64,000 nucleotides of DNA from Octopus vulgaris (lineage: Eukaryota). The notes beneath the pieces were generated by a model, which saw nothing but the letters and a program-made list of their open reading frames with translations, did no database searches and was not told the DNA's origin. The stretch covers positions 160,394,001 to 160,458,000 of the forward strand of contig OX597816.1 of NCBI GenBank assembly GCA_951406725.2, read 5' to 3'. A program made the translations under genes and the position numbers. Below, piece after piece: positions 14,242 through 26,809 of the stretch (positions are counted from its first letter, which is position 1; each line of letters begins with the position of its first letter).

Positions 14242-14371
14242 CCCACAAGTGTAAACAAGAGAGACAGAGAAAGGCAGAAACAAGGAAAATGCCACTTATA
14301 TTTGAACACTATACAAATATTCTTTTAAAAAAACTTTTCTTTTAATTTTTCTAAATTTAATTATTTAATCG

Positions 14372-14414
14372 TTACAGTTGATAAGGTTTCAAATGACTGA
14401 AACCGGTACTGAAA
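14372..14414 (+). ncRNA. Minimal type I hammerhead motif, U3:A8 core variant
   Basis: ttacag-TTGATAA-ggtttcaaatgact-GAAAC-cg-GTA-ctgaaa. A related copy lies at 56559-56600 on minus. Confidence 0.6.
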
Positions 14415-14530
14415 TGTTCTTTATAAAATTATTTTAGCATTTTCTATCTTGACTTGTTTTTTCATACATATCAACTTGTGTGTTCCTTTTCATCCTTATA
14501 CATACATATATATATATATATATATGTGTG

Positions 14531-14703
14531 GTGCCCATAGAATGGGATACTGTTGATGTTACTCCAGTGAAGGGTCCAGATGGAAAATTCCGTCTTCCAC
14601 AGAAAGTATGTGAATCAATGGCTGAAACTAAATGTGGCCTGAAGGGACCTCTTGCTACCCCAGTCGGTAAAGGACATCAATCCCTCAACTTAGCATTGAG
14701 AAA
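14531..14703 (+). CDS. IDH3A: Isolated exon of NAD-dependent isocitrate dehydrogenase alpha subunit (possibly orphan or pseudo-exon)
   Basis: VPIEWDTVDVTPVKGPDGKFRLPQKVCESMAETKCGLKGPLATPVGKGHQSLNLALRK is a clear IDH3 alpha segment (GLKGPL-TP-GKGH-SLNLALRK). Donor AA|gtaggt at 14704. Bases 14529-14530 are TG, not AG. No other IDH3A exons were seen. Confidence 0.75.
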
Positions 14704-15600
14704 GTAGGTTTATTTAATTAATTTAATTAATTGATAACCTTATTTTATACTGATTAACTTGTTAGGTTATTAATAATGAGGATTTCTAACATAGGTAAGG
14801 GGTTGGGCACACATTTTGTAGGAGAGGGTGCAGTTAATTAAATTAACTTGAGAACTTGACTGAAGGATGAAGGCAAAGTGAACCCTGGTAGGATTTGGAT
14901 TCAGAATGTAAAGAATAAAATCTTTAATACTTTCAAGGCATTTTGTTGGATGCTCTACTGATTCTATCATTTACTGCCTTTTAGTTTATTGATAATCATA
15001 AAATTATTTGTACTCATTTATGACCACATGTTAGTAATTTATTAAAAGAAAATGAATAAATTCATTAAACATTAGGAGATATATCACATGTGCACACACA
15101 CACATACATAGATATATATTTGATTTACATCTGTTTTTTTCTATGCTGGCAATGGATTAGATAAATATATTATTGAGGCATTGTTTTACAAGCCAGATGC
15201 CCTTCTTGTGGCTATTTCTCACCTGTTTTTCAAGTAAGGGATCTCTTATTCTGCATGTCTTTGAAGGCACAAAGTCAGCAAACAATTTGTTGAAGGGAAA
15301 TGACATCATCACAGCTTGTAGCTCAGTGGTTTTTTAAAGAACCACTAATGTAGATAAGTGCACACAGACGGATACACACACATATGAGGAGCTTCTTTCA
15401 GTTCCTGTCTACCAATTCAAATCACAAGGCTTTGATTGGCTTGAGGCTCTAGTTGAAGACACTTGCTGAAGCTGCTGTGCATTGGGACTGAACCTAAAAT
15501 CACATGATTTAAAAGCAAACTTCTTAACCACACAGCTGTATATAATGTTGGGTAAAGAAAGATTGGACAAAATTTTTAGAAAGTGGTCTGTGTGTTAAGG

Positions 15601-15652
<52 letters not shown>

Positions 15653-15683
15653 TTAAACTATGATGATGATGATGATGAGGATG

Positions 15684-16078
15684 AGGCACTCGAGCCCCGT
15701 GCTAGTAGGGTGTTAAGAGCACCATCCGAGCATGATCGTTGCCAGAGCAGCTATATGGCCTCTGTGCCGGTGGCACGTAAAAGGGCACCATTCGAATGTG
15801 ATCGTTACCAGCATCACCTTACTGGCACCTGTGCCGCTGACATGTGTAAAAGATTCGAGCGAGGCTGTTGCCAGTATCGCCTGACTGGCCCCGTGCTGGT
15901 AGCATGTAAAAGCACCCACTACACTCTCAGAGTGATTGGCATTAGGAAGGGCATCCAGCTGTAGAAACTCTGCCAGATCGAGATTGGAGCCTGGTGCAGC
16001 CATCTGGTTTGCCCGCCCTCAGTCAAATCGTCCAACCCATGCTAGCATGGAAAGCGGATGTTAAACGATGATGATGAT
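15684..16078 (+). mobile_element. RTE 3' UTR fragment
   Basis: Tandem hairpin units plus AGGAAGGGCATCCAGCTGTAGAAAC...GTTAAACGATGATGAT. Confidence 0.8.
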
Positions 16079-16162
16079 ATATCTACGTATATGTATATAT
16101 ATTTGTATGTATATTTATCTATCTATATTTATACATACACACACACACGTACACACACACGC

Positions 16163-16209
<47 letters not shown>

Positions 16210-16422
16210 CATATATATATAAGTAATACTAAGTAATTAAGGGTTTAGGTAACGAATTGCCTCACCAACACACCAAATTTAGAAATAGCAGTCAAAGAGA
16301 TATAGCTATTCCTTCTACTAAAAAGGGGGATCTCAGTAAAAACACAGCACTTAAAAGGCAAACACAGACAGGTAAGAAAGAAAGAATGAAATGACGGCAA
16401 TCCATCATGCAATTTTAAGTTA

Positions 16423-16514
16423 CCTACGGACGTACGTTTCGAGATCAAGTTTTAGGATATCATAAGAATTAGAAAATTCTACTTTACCCAGACTTCTTCT
16501 CTCATCGGCGCAGG
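16423..16514 (-). ncRNA. Type I hammerhead motif, C4 core variant, long stem II
   Basis: Minus strand: cctgcg-CCGATGA-gaga...tctc-GAAAC-gtac-GTC-cgtagg. Confidence 0.7.
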
Positions 16515-17129
16515 ATACTACAATTGTGAATAATTGTGAATTTCGTGGTACTGGTCATGCTTTGGCTCGCTCTGACACTGAGTTGAGATGATGCATTCTA
16601 GTATCTCAAAATTTAATATACAATTATTCACAATTGACTTGGTGTAATTGATAATTATCCCTAATTAATTAATTTCACCCTTTTTTTATTATTATTATAT
16701 ATATATATATATATGTATATATAATTATAAGCAAAACCCCTCCCCCGTCCAATGGACGGTGCTGGGTTATCAAACATTTAAAGCAAATTTTCTCAAAACA
16801 ACTTGTCTGACCGTCCCATAGGCTCCCCTTTGAGAAACACTGATTTAACCTAAATTTGAGACACCAGCAAAAGAAGAAATAAAGATAGACTTTTTTTCTA
16901 TTCCAAAAAAAAAACCCCGTTTTTATTCACACAAATATGCAACCGAAGAGTTTAAAGTACCAGTAATGATTGGGATATGATAATGATAATGATTGGGAGA
17001 ACACAAACATGGTTTAAATAGTAAGCTTGGCAGGAAACAAACGTGTCTTTAAGCAGTACAAAAACAACAAAAAAATGGAAGGTGCAGTTATGTACAGGTT
17101 GATGGAAGAAAAGCAGGACAAAAACGGCT

Positions 17130-17310
17130 TTATCGATCGCATTGTCACCTGGAATCGATTTTTGTAATTTTTTCAAGACTTATACCTGCTCTGATACCGT
17201 CGATATCTACATATCAAATTTGAGCACAATCGGATGGAGGATGCCCGAGATCTTAGAAGACACACACACACAGACAGACAGACAGACAGAACGGATTTTA
17301 TATAAGAGAT
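17130..17310 (-). mobile_element. Probable 5' end of a non-autonomous Helitron
   Basis: Minus strand begins A|TCTCTTATATAAAATCCG-(TCTG)n...CCGATTGTGCTCAAATTTG, a pattern typical of microsatellite-bearing Helitrons. No CTAG end was found. Confidence 0.45.
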
Positions 17311-17587
17311 AAATAAGAGCAAAAAGGAAAATTTTCTCTGCCAATGTGCCAATACTACGAAGGAAAATATTTTATGTGGTAGATGGTTTAGCATCTGTTT
17401 TTTAGCATATTGGCAAAAAAAATTTTGTCTTTTTGCCCTTATTTATAATTGTATTTAAAATTTCACCTTAAAAGGTGTTTTTCATATGCTGGCCACTGAT
17501 TTTTTAAATAAAATTTTATCCTGATATTAGAAATGTATGTATGTGTGTGTGTGTTCATTGCCAAATATGAGCCAATTTGTTACATTC

Positions 17588-18187
17588 ATTATTTGTACTC
17601 ATTTATGACCACATGTTAGTAATTTATTAAAAGAAAATGAATAAATTCATTAAACATTAGGAGATATATCACATGTGCACACACACATATATAGATATAT
17701 ATTTGATTTACATCTGTTTTTTTCTATGCTGGCAATGGATTAGATAAATATATTATTGAGGCATTGTTTTACAGCCAGATGCCCTTCTTGTGGCTATTTC
17801 TCACCTGTTTTTCAAGTAAGGGATCTCTTATTCTGCATGTCTTTGAAGGCACAAAGTCAGCAAACAATTTGTTGAAGGGAAATGACATCATCACAGCTTG
17901 TAGCTCAGTGATTTTTTTAAAGAACCACCAATGTAGATAAGTGCACACAGATGGATACACACACACATATGAGGAGCTTCTTTTAGTTTCTGCCTACCAA
18001 TTCAAATCACAAGGCTTTGATTGGCTTGAGGCTCTAGTTGAAGACACTTGCTGAAGCTGCTGTGCATTGGGACTGAACCTCTAAATCACATGATTTAAAA
18101 GCAAACTTATTAACCACACAGCTGTATATAATGTTGGGTAAAGAAAGATTGGACAAAATTTTTAGGAAGTGGTCTGTGTGTTAAGGG

Positions 18188-18230
<43 letters not shown>

Positions 18231-18326
18231 AAACTATGATGATGATGATGAGGCACTCAAGCCCCGTACTAGTAGGGTGTTAAGAGCACCATCCGAGCAT
18301 GATCATTGCCAGAGCGGCTATATGGC
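17588..18326 (+). repeat. Near-identical duplicate of 15003-15759
   Basis: Unique sequence, SINE head, microsatellites and the RTE start are all copied with few differences. Confidence 0.92.
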
Positions 18327-20049
18327 TAATATTGCAGGTTCCTACTCTCTCTCTCTCTCTCAGACTACATATATGCGTGTGTGTGTGTGTGTGTGTAGCA
18401 TGCATATGTGTATGTTATGCTTAGTATAGGGAAGTAATCTTACACATCTCCCCTCTTTTCTCTCACACACATACACACACACACATATATATATATATAC
18501 ATATACATACATATGCACATAAACATATATAGTGTGTGATATATAAGTGTCTGTGTGTATGTGCGTATATGTGTACATATATATGCATGTGTTTAAGAAT
18601 GCTAAATTTATTCAACCACTTCAGTGCTGTTTCAAAAACAGACCCTGAAGATAAATAAGCACTTGTAAAGGAATTGGGTTCCTATCTTGTTGTAATTATT
18701 GTTGGGGCCAGTCTGGTCATTACTTTTGTTGTTATTGTTGATGTTGTTGTTGCAAGTGTTGCTGTTTATGTCACTGTTGCTTTTTAAAATTTTATTCCCG
18801 AATACTTAAATATTTAAATGTTTATTTTTCTCATGTGACTTTTATGGGTGACATAAGTATGTCTGGCAGTAACTAGTGCCAGAATATGATAATATCTACT
18901 GTAAGTTCTGGCAAAAATCATAGAAACAAATGCTAGGTGTCGTATATGAGATCAAGTGCTTGGCAGTGGTTAATTTCATTTTCATATGTTTTAGGTTCAA
19001 TTTTTACCAGGGCTAATTATCAGGGTACATCTTTTATGTCTGCAGAAACAGGAGTTTTTTTTTATGGTTACTCAATCTGTTAGAAATAGCAACGCAAACT
19101 CTTTTGAATCAAACCCCTATTTTTTTTTATTCAGGACCAATTCCCTCTCAGGCCAATAGAATCAACTTCTGTCTTTTCATGATTGAATGATCAGTGGTGA
19201 AACTAACTCCTTGCCTGTTGAACAGGGTACATGAAGGGATCCAGTAGGATTAAAAAAGAGCAACAAAACCTGTGAAAGGCATGGCTAGTGAACTATGAAT
19301 CAATGGCGGTCATATCCTAAGGAAGATGTGGGCAAAATGAGAAGATTTGGGGCAGCTGTTTGGACTCAGATGATTTGACACAGCTGACAGGACATTCCGG
19401 CTTGTTTTAGTGATGGTACTTTTTGGTGCGAGAAGCACCCCCCTCACACACACAAAAATATACTCATAAACATAGAAAGAGTGAAAAAGGAAAGATAGAT
19501 GTTACAATTTATTAATTGAACACAATTGACATAACCACTGTCCCTCTTCTCATACACATGAAGAGAAATGGGCCCACACACATAAACACAGAGAGAGAGG
19601 GAGATGTGGGAAGGAGGATGGAAAGAACAAAAGAAACATTAAAACGTCTGATGTCAGATGATTCAACATTGAATCAGTGATGCCAAATAAATGATACCAA
19701 AACAGCTGTGCCAAAATGTCCCTTTCCTGGATATCAAGCCTAATGAAATACCAAAATCTAATTTTATACTGAAAGGAGTGAAAACTGAAGACTGGTAGAA
19801 GTGAAAGAGATTAGTAAAAGAAAATTTAAGAGCCCTAACAGCAGAAATACTAAAGGAACCTCTTGACATTATTTAGTAAATGTATTTGTTGTTATATTTC
19901 TGTTGAAATATGTTGTCTTTGTTCTCGTTAATTTTGAAAATATTGAAGAATTTAGAAAATAATATTTTCATTACTAAGCTGGTGTTGATAACAAAAATTA
20001 ACATGCCAGATTGGACAATGGATGTTAAATAATGATGATGATGATGATG

Positions 20050-20385
20050 ACTCCTGCTCTGCTAGAGCAGCATCTTGAAGAATTTATTTGTTACTTATTC
20101 TTAAATCTGATACTTATTCTGTTCATTTCTTTTGCTAAATTGCTAAGCTGTGGGGACATAAACACACCAACACTGGTTGTCAAGTGACAGTGAAGGACAA
20201 ATGCTCTTTCTCTCTCTCACACACACACAAAGGGTTTCTTTCAGTTTCCATCTATCAAATTCACTTACAAGGTTTTGGTCAGCCCAAGGCTATAACAGAA
20301 GGTACTTTCCCAACGTGCCATGCAGTGGGACTGAACCGGGAACCATGTGGTTGGGAAGCAAACTTCTTACCACACAGCTAAGCCT
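20050..20385 (-). mobile_element. SINE family A (older copy)
   Basis: Reverse complement of the family A head and body. Confidence 0.7.
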
Positions 20386-20388
20386 GCA

Positions 20389-20438
<50 letters not shown>

Positions 20439-20573
20439 ACACACACACACACAGGTGTTCTCTATATAAAATACACTTTGTAGTGCTCAAGAAATTTGAA
20501 CTTAATTATTCTGTGTAAATTGACATGCCTAACTTGCTTGTCCTTACATTTACTCCTATATATATATATATAT

Positions 20574-20606
<33 letters not shown>

Positions 20607-21196
20607 TAGGGAAATGCAATTAATTTCTCATATAAAGTATTATAATACACCAACAAATTTGTTTGTTATGCTAACGTCAGAGATTTTGTACGTCCCTCTC
20701 ACCACAGAGATTGTGTTCTAATCCCACTAGACCAGGTGCAAAATCCTTCCAGCTCAGTAAACCCAATTGGAATTGAATGCTAAAGAACAAATTGCTCCCT
20801 GTTCTAGTCTTATGATCCTGTTATTTGACCCCTGCAAACCTTTTAGTTTTCAGTATGAAGTTCAAATCCTGTTATGTTTAATGTAAATAGCTAATGTGAT
20901 TTTACTGTGTTCTATCAGATGTCTTGTTTGGATACTGGAGCTGTACCAGGTGGAATCTTCTTCTTAGATGTTTTATTAATGTAACTGTATAAGGACCATG
21001 TGGTGACTATCTGTGGTCATTCATTCACACATTGAATCTAATCATACATTGATGTATTAAGTTTCATTGATAATTGCAATTGACTTTGGGAGAGGATAAC
21101 CAATAACTTCTGGAATTCCTATGAATTTTGTTTCATATTTCTTTAAGATTGTGTTAGAGCAACGTGTGATTTTGCTTATTTTGTTTTCCACCTTGA

Positions 21197-21466
21197 CTAG
21201 CCTCTGTGCCGGTGGGACGTAAAAAGCACCAGCCGATTGTGGCCGCTGCCAGCCTGCCCTGGCACCTGTGCCGGTGTACCCACTACACTCATGGAGTGGT
21301 TGGCGTTAGGAAGGGCATCCAGCTGTAGAAACACTGCCATGTCAGACTGGACCCTGGTGCAGCCTCCTGGCTTCCCAGACCCCAGTTGAACTGTCCAACC
21401 TGTGCTAGCACGGAAAACGGATATCCAACCTGTGCTAGCACGGAAAACAATGATGATGATGATGAT
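21197..21466 (+). mobile_element. RTE 3' UTR fragment
   Basis: Same tail, with a local duplication of TCCAACCTGTGCTAGCACGGAAAAC. Confidence 0.75.
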
Positions 21467-21958
21467 TGTAGGGTAGGTTTGAAAGACCAGATCCAGCCAG
21501 TTGAAATATTTGAACTGGTTATAGCCAGTTTAAATGCTAAAGGGTTAAACATAGACTCACAGATTAAAGATTATCCCCCCCACACACACACACACATCAT
21601 GTAGCAGTAAACATGAACAGGGATAGCTGTGACAGTAAATAGAGGAAATGTTTGTCTCTGATACAACTGTATTATATTTTGTAAATAAAAACTAAACAAC
21701 TACATTGTAACATATGATACATGTATAAACAAACATGTCATTTTTTTTTACACTATTTTCTTGTTTTTCTTTCTTCTCCTCTGCTCTCTTTCGTCCCCTC
21801 TCTCTCTCTCTCCTTTTCTCTGTCTTTGTCTCTCTGTCTGTCTCTCTCGTCTATCATTTCATTGATTAGCCACTCTTATGTATGTATGTATGTATGTATG
21901 TATGTGTGTGTGTGTGTGTATCACCATGTGTATGTGTTTACATATCTCAGTGTATATG

Positions 21959-21994
<36 letters not shown>

Positions 21995-23119
21995 GGACAT
22001 ATATGGATTTAAGTGGATATGTATGCTTGTATCTCAAAACATCCGTGTGTATGTGAATGTGTTTGTTCATCTATGTATGTAATATGTATGTGCTCCAGCA
22101 TGGCTGCAGTCAAATGACTGAAACAAGTAAAAGAATACACATGCATGCAATGTGTGTGTGTGTGCATATATATATATGTATATATATATACACTTATATA
22201 TATATATGCATATATAGATACATACGCACATACATGTATGTATATATGTAGATATATAACTCTGTGTGCATATGTATATGCATATAAACACATAGACACA
22301 CATACACATTGAGCAACATACACACACACACATAAGTGAGAAGAGGAAGGCTGTTTTGATTGGTGCCAGTAGCCAAAGTATGGCAGATATCAAGGCAAAT
22401 GGCAACGGTTGACTTTTTGTCAGTCGTTAGAGTCGTTAAAGGTAGTCAAAGTGGTCAGTGTCTAATTAGTGTTTAATATCAAGGTCCTCATTTGGGTGTC
22501 ACACCTCTGTAGTTTAGCCACCATAAAGGTTTCTAGAAAGTTCTCTCTTGTCACATGTTAGCTGTTGTTTCGCTATATGTAATTATGTGTGTGTGTGTGT
22601 GTATCTATATGTATTTGTATGTATGTATGTATGTATGTATGTGTGTTTTGTATTTGCATGTGTGTGTGTTTGTGTATGTGTGTGTATATCATCATTTAAC
22701 GTCTGCTGTCCATACTGGCATGGGTGTGTGGATATATGTATATGTGTATTTATATGTACGTATGTTTGTATGTGTGTGTGTGTGTACATGTATATGTATT
22801 GTTGTATCTATGTGTATCTGTATGCATATGCATATGTGCCAACACATATATGAATGTATACATGTCTCTGTAGGTATGTATATAATGTAGGTGTGTAATG
22901 TATGTTGCATGTTATGTGTATGTATATATATATATGTGTGTATATGGATGTATTTTTTATAATTATGTATATATAATGTATGTATATATTTGTACTAATG
23001 TGTATACTTATGTCTATAAGTTTAAGAGCATCATATTAATGTGTGTTTGGGTGCATCCTTATTCTTATATGACTGTATTTGTTTGTGTGTGTGTTTGTGT
23101 TGTGTAATTATTGCAGTTT

Positions 23120-23495
23120 GTGGAGGCACAAATGGCCCAGTGATTAGGGCAATTGACTTGAAGTTGTAGGGTCACAGTTTCAATTCCTTGACTGGGCGTT
23201 GTGAGTGCTTATTGAGCGTAAACACCTAAACCTCCACGAAGCTCCGGTAGGGGGTGGTGGCGAACCCTGCTGTACTCTTTCACCACAACTTTCTCTCTTT
23301 CTTCCTGTTTCTGTTGTACCTTTATTTCAAAGGGGCCAACCCTGTCACACTCTGTGTCTTGCTGAATCTCTCTGAGAACTACGTTGAGGGTACACATGTC
23401 TGTGGAGTACTCAGTCACTTGCATGTTAAGTTCACAAGCAAGCTATTCCATTGATCGGATCAACTGGAACCCTCGTCGTAACTGATGGAGTACCA
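23120..23495 (+). mobile_element. tRNA-derived SINE: family C head with family D tail
   Basis: Head GTGGAGGCACAAATGGCCCAGTG; tail GTCACACTCTGTGTC...GATCGGATCAACTGGAACCCTCGTCG. Confidence 0.8.
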
Positions 23496-24319
23496 CATTT
23501 TTTTTATTGCAGTTTAAAGTGTGTGTGTGAGATGTTTCATTTTACTTTTATGTTTGTGTAAAAGTGTGTTTTTTACTATAAATGTGGTTATGTATATCAA
23601 TGTATATATGTGTGTATGTGTGAGTATGTATATGTGTTTGTATATATATGTAGGTGTGTGTGTGTATTTGAGTATAGTTTTAGCTTAACATAGTAATGTG
23701 TGTATGAAAGAGTGATTATATATTTATATATAATTTAGTTTCTGTCTGAATGTGTGTAGACGTGAATGTGCACACACAAATATGTCCATGTGTGTGTATG
23801 TACATGTGTATGTGTGTGTGTGGTTTTTGTTTAATATAGTAATGTCTATAGGATAGAGACACTATGCTTATGTGTATAATTTAGTTCAGTCTGCATGTGT
23901 GTGAATGTGTGCATTTAATGTGTGTGTGTGTGTGTGTGTTTTGGGGATTCTGGAAGTGTATCATTAATGGTGTCAGATGTCTCCACTAATTGTTGATATG
24001 AAAATTACCAAAGTTCTGTGAGGATAATTTACCCAGCAATAACGAGTCTCCTTTATTCCTGCCCCATGCTTCACACCAGCCACTAAAGATGTCCAAACTT
24101 ACTCGATTATTCTGCCAGTGTGGCAACTAATCACCTCATGAACTACCCTTTATACAGACAGAACAACATCCCATACACTATGCCATAACCCTAAACAGGT
24201 GCAGAATAGAGTGGTAGAGTGTTATATCATATGTCTAAAGGTTTTGGGTTCATATCTACTTCATGTGTTTTATGGTGTGTTTGGTTTGTATGCTGAATAA
24301 TAATAATATGTGCTGTGGT

Positions 24320-24820
24320 CTTCTTCTTCTTCCAATCAGGACTCAGGCCATTAGTCACAAAGAATAATCTCTAATTCGAGCCTACTCTAAGCTATTAAGA
24401 ATGTGTATGGCAACTTCAAGATCGACCCATCACTCACGATAGACTTGGCAGTTGCACGGGCACGAAAGCTACGTTGTTATCTTCATTCCGTAAATGGTGG
24501 CTTTTAACGGGTGAAGAGCTGAACCATCCTGGGGTACAGATGATTCGCAATCTAGATTAGGGTCTGAAAGTTTACCACACCATAGTGGGTTACAGCATGG
24601 TTCCTCTGCTTTGTGGCAGAAGTAGGAAGAAGGTGTGAGAGAAAGTTGTGGTGAAAGAGTACAGCGGGGGTTCAGCCCCTCCTCCCCACCCCCGCTGGAG
24701 CCTCGTGGAACTTAGATGTTTTTGTTCAATAAACATTCATAATGCCCGGTCTGGGAATCGAAACCGTGTTCTTACGACCGCGAGTCCGCTGCCTTAACCA
24801 CTGGGCCATTGCGCCTCCAC
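24320..24820 (-). mobile_element. tRNA-derived SINE: family C head with a distinct body and (GAA)n tail
   Basis: Exact 11-bp TSD TGTGCTGTGGT at 24309-24319 and 24821-24831. Confidence 0.9.
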
Positions 24821-25896
24821 TGTGCTGTGGTTCATCAACTGACAAGAATCATCATCATTGTTGTCATCATTGTTGTCATCACATAAAAAGCACTATTTGA
24901 GTGTGGTCATTGCCAGTACCTCCTGACTGGCTCCCATGCTGTTGGCATGTAAAAAGCATGATTCAAGCATGATCAATGCCAGTACTGCCTGACTGGCCCT
25001 TGTGCCAGTGACGACGGGTAAAAAGCACCCACTACACTCTCAGACTGGTTGGCTTTAGGAAGGGCATCCAGATTAGATTGGAGCCTGGTGCAGCCTCCTG
25101 GCTTGCCTGCCCTCAGTCAAACTGTCCAACCCATGCCAGCATGGAAAGCGATGACAGTGACAATGATTATTATTAAGGTGAGCTGGCAAAAACTTTGTCA
25201 CACCAGGCAAAATGCTGAGTGGCATTTCAGCTGACTTTAGATTCTGGGTTCAAATAACACTGAGGTCAACACTGCCTTTCATTCTTTCGGGGTCTATAAA
25301 GTAAGCGTTAGTGGTACACGGGTTGATGTAATCAACTTTCCCCTCAGAATTACTGGCCTAGTATCAAAATTAGAATGAATTATAATTTGCTGAACCCCAA
25401 GATCACCCCTGACTAAGCAGACCTATGATCAATGTTGCTCTACCCCACATTTTTCCAGAGAATACAGTGCATCTAAGACTACTTTAGCCAGTGTGTCCTT
25501 CCCTTTTTAAGACTTGAGAGATATTTGACTACTAATTTCAGCAAGCCAGTTGACTTCATTCAAGCTGTCTCTCCATAGTTAAGAATTTATATTTAATATC
25601 ACATGGTTGGTGTTTATCTATCCGTGTCAGTGTTTGATTAATAACATAGTAGCGAGGTGTCTGTATGAATGGTTGACTGACACAGTCAAAGGTTACCTAT
25701 AAACTTAATACCATGGATAATCGACCGTATGATTATTGACCCAGTGTCTATGCCAGCCTAGTATTTTCACACCGGCTAAACTTCTCATCAATTATTCAGG
25801 ATATTCTGATGATTTATCACTCAGCTATCAATCATTATTGCTACAAATTGTATAGGGAGACTCAAACCAGTAAGGTCTTGAATGTGGCCTCCAGAC

Positions 25897-26315
25897 TTTA
25901 CTCTTTTACTCGTTTCAGTCATTTGACTGTGGCCATGCTGGAGCACTGCCTTTAGTCGAGCAAACTGACCCCAGGACTTACTCTTTGTAAGCCTAGTGCT
26001 TATTCTATCAGTCTCTTTTGCTGAACCACTAAGTTACGGGGGTGTAAACACACCAGCATCGGTTGTCAAGCGATGTTGGAGGGACAAACACAGACACACA
26101 AACATATACACACACATACATGTGTGTGTGTGTGTATATATATATATATGTATATATATATATGATGGGCTTCTTTCAGTTTCTGTCTACCAAATCCACT
26201 CACAAGACTGTGGTTGACCGAAGGCCATAGTAGAAGACACTTGCCCAAGGTGCCATGCAGTGGGACTGAACCCGGAACCATGTGGTTGGTAAGCAAGCTA
26301 CTTACCACACAGCCA
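25897..26315 (-). mobile_element. SINE family A, full length
   Basis: Complete reverse-complement copy. Confidence 0.88.
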
Positions 26316-26444
26316 CTTTCTTTCTAATAACTAGGAATATATATTCATTCTGCTATTTCCCTATATACTCCTTATTTGGTTCCTTTTCCAAAATAACTCC
26401 TTATATTGAACTCTGATATTCCCTTCTATTTAACCATCTCACAT

Positions 26445-26485
26445 CATCACTGATGAAGGGATATCCCAGAAACAGCTGTAAGACT
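26445..26485 (+). ncRNA. Type I hammerhead motif (stem I degenerate)
   Basis: CTGATGA-a-ggg.atat.ccc-a-GAAAC-agct-GTA. Stem I is poorly paired. Confidence 0.55.
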
Positions 26486-26809
26486 AACTTTCTCTTTATA
26501 AATGTCAGAAAAAATTCCACACAGCCTCTCTGTTGTCTTATTTTATTTAATGTATACATATATATGTGTGTGTGTGTGTATATATATGTATGTGTGTTTG
26601 TGTATGCATGTGTGCTTTGTAGTTCAGAAATTTGCTTCTTAGTCCCAGTGTTTCAGGTTCAAACCCCTGGAATGGCATCTTGAGCAAATCTCCTCGGGCT
26701 AACTTCAGCTTTGTGAGTGGATATAGTTGGTGGAAATTGAAATAACCCTAGAATGTGTGTATGTGTGTATAGTGTGTGTGTCTGGAGACACATGTTTATG
26801 TATATATTC

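Noticed and set aside
14531-17310. Helitron capture of the IDH3A exon
   Set aside because: No Helitron 3' hairpin/CTAG terminus was found beyond the exon, so the link is unsupported.
24745-24820. tRNA gene (and similar A/B-box heads elsewhere)
   Set aside because: These are SINE heads continuing into SINE bodies with TSDs; no full cloverleaf.
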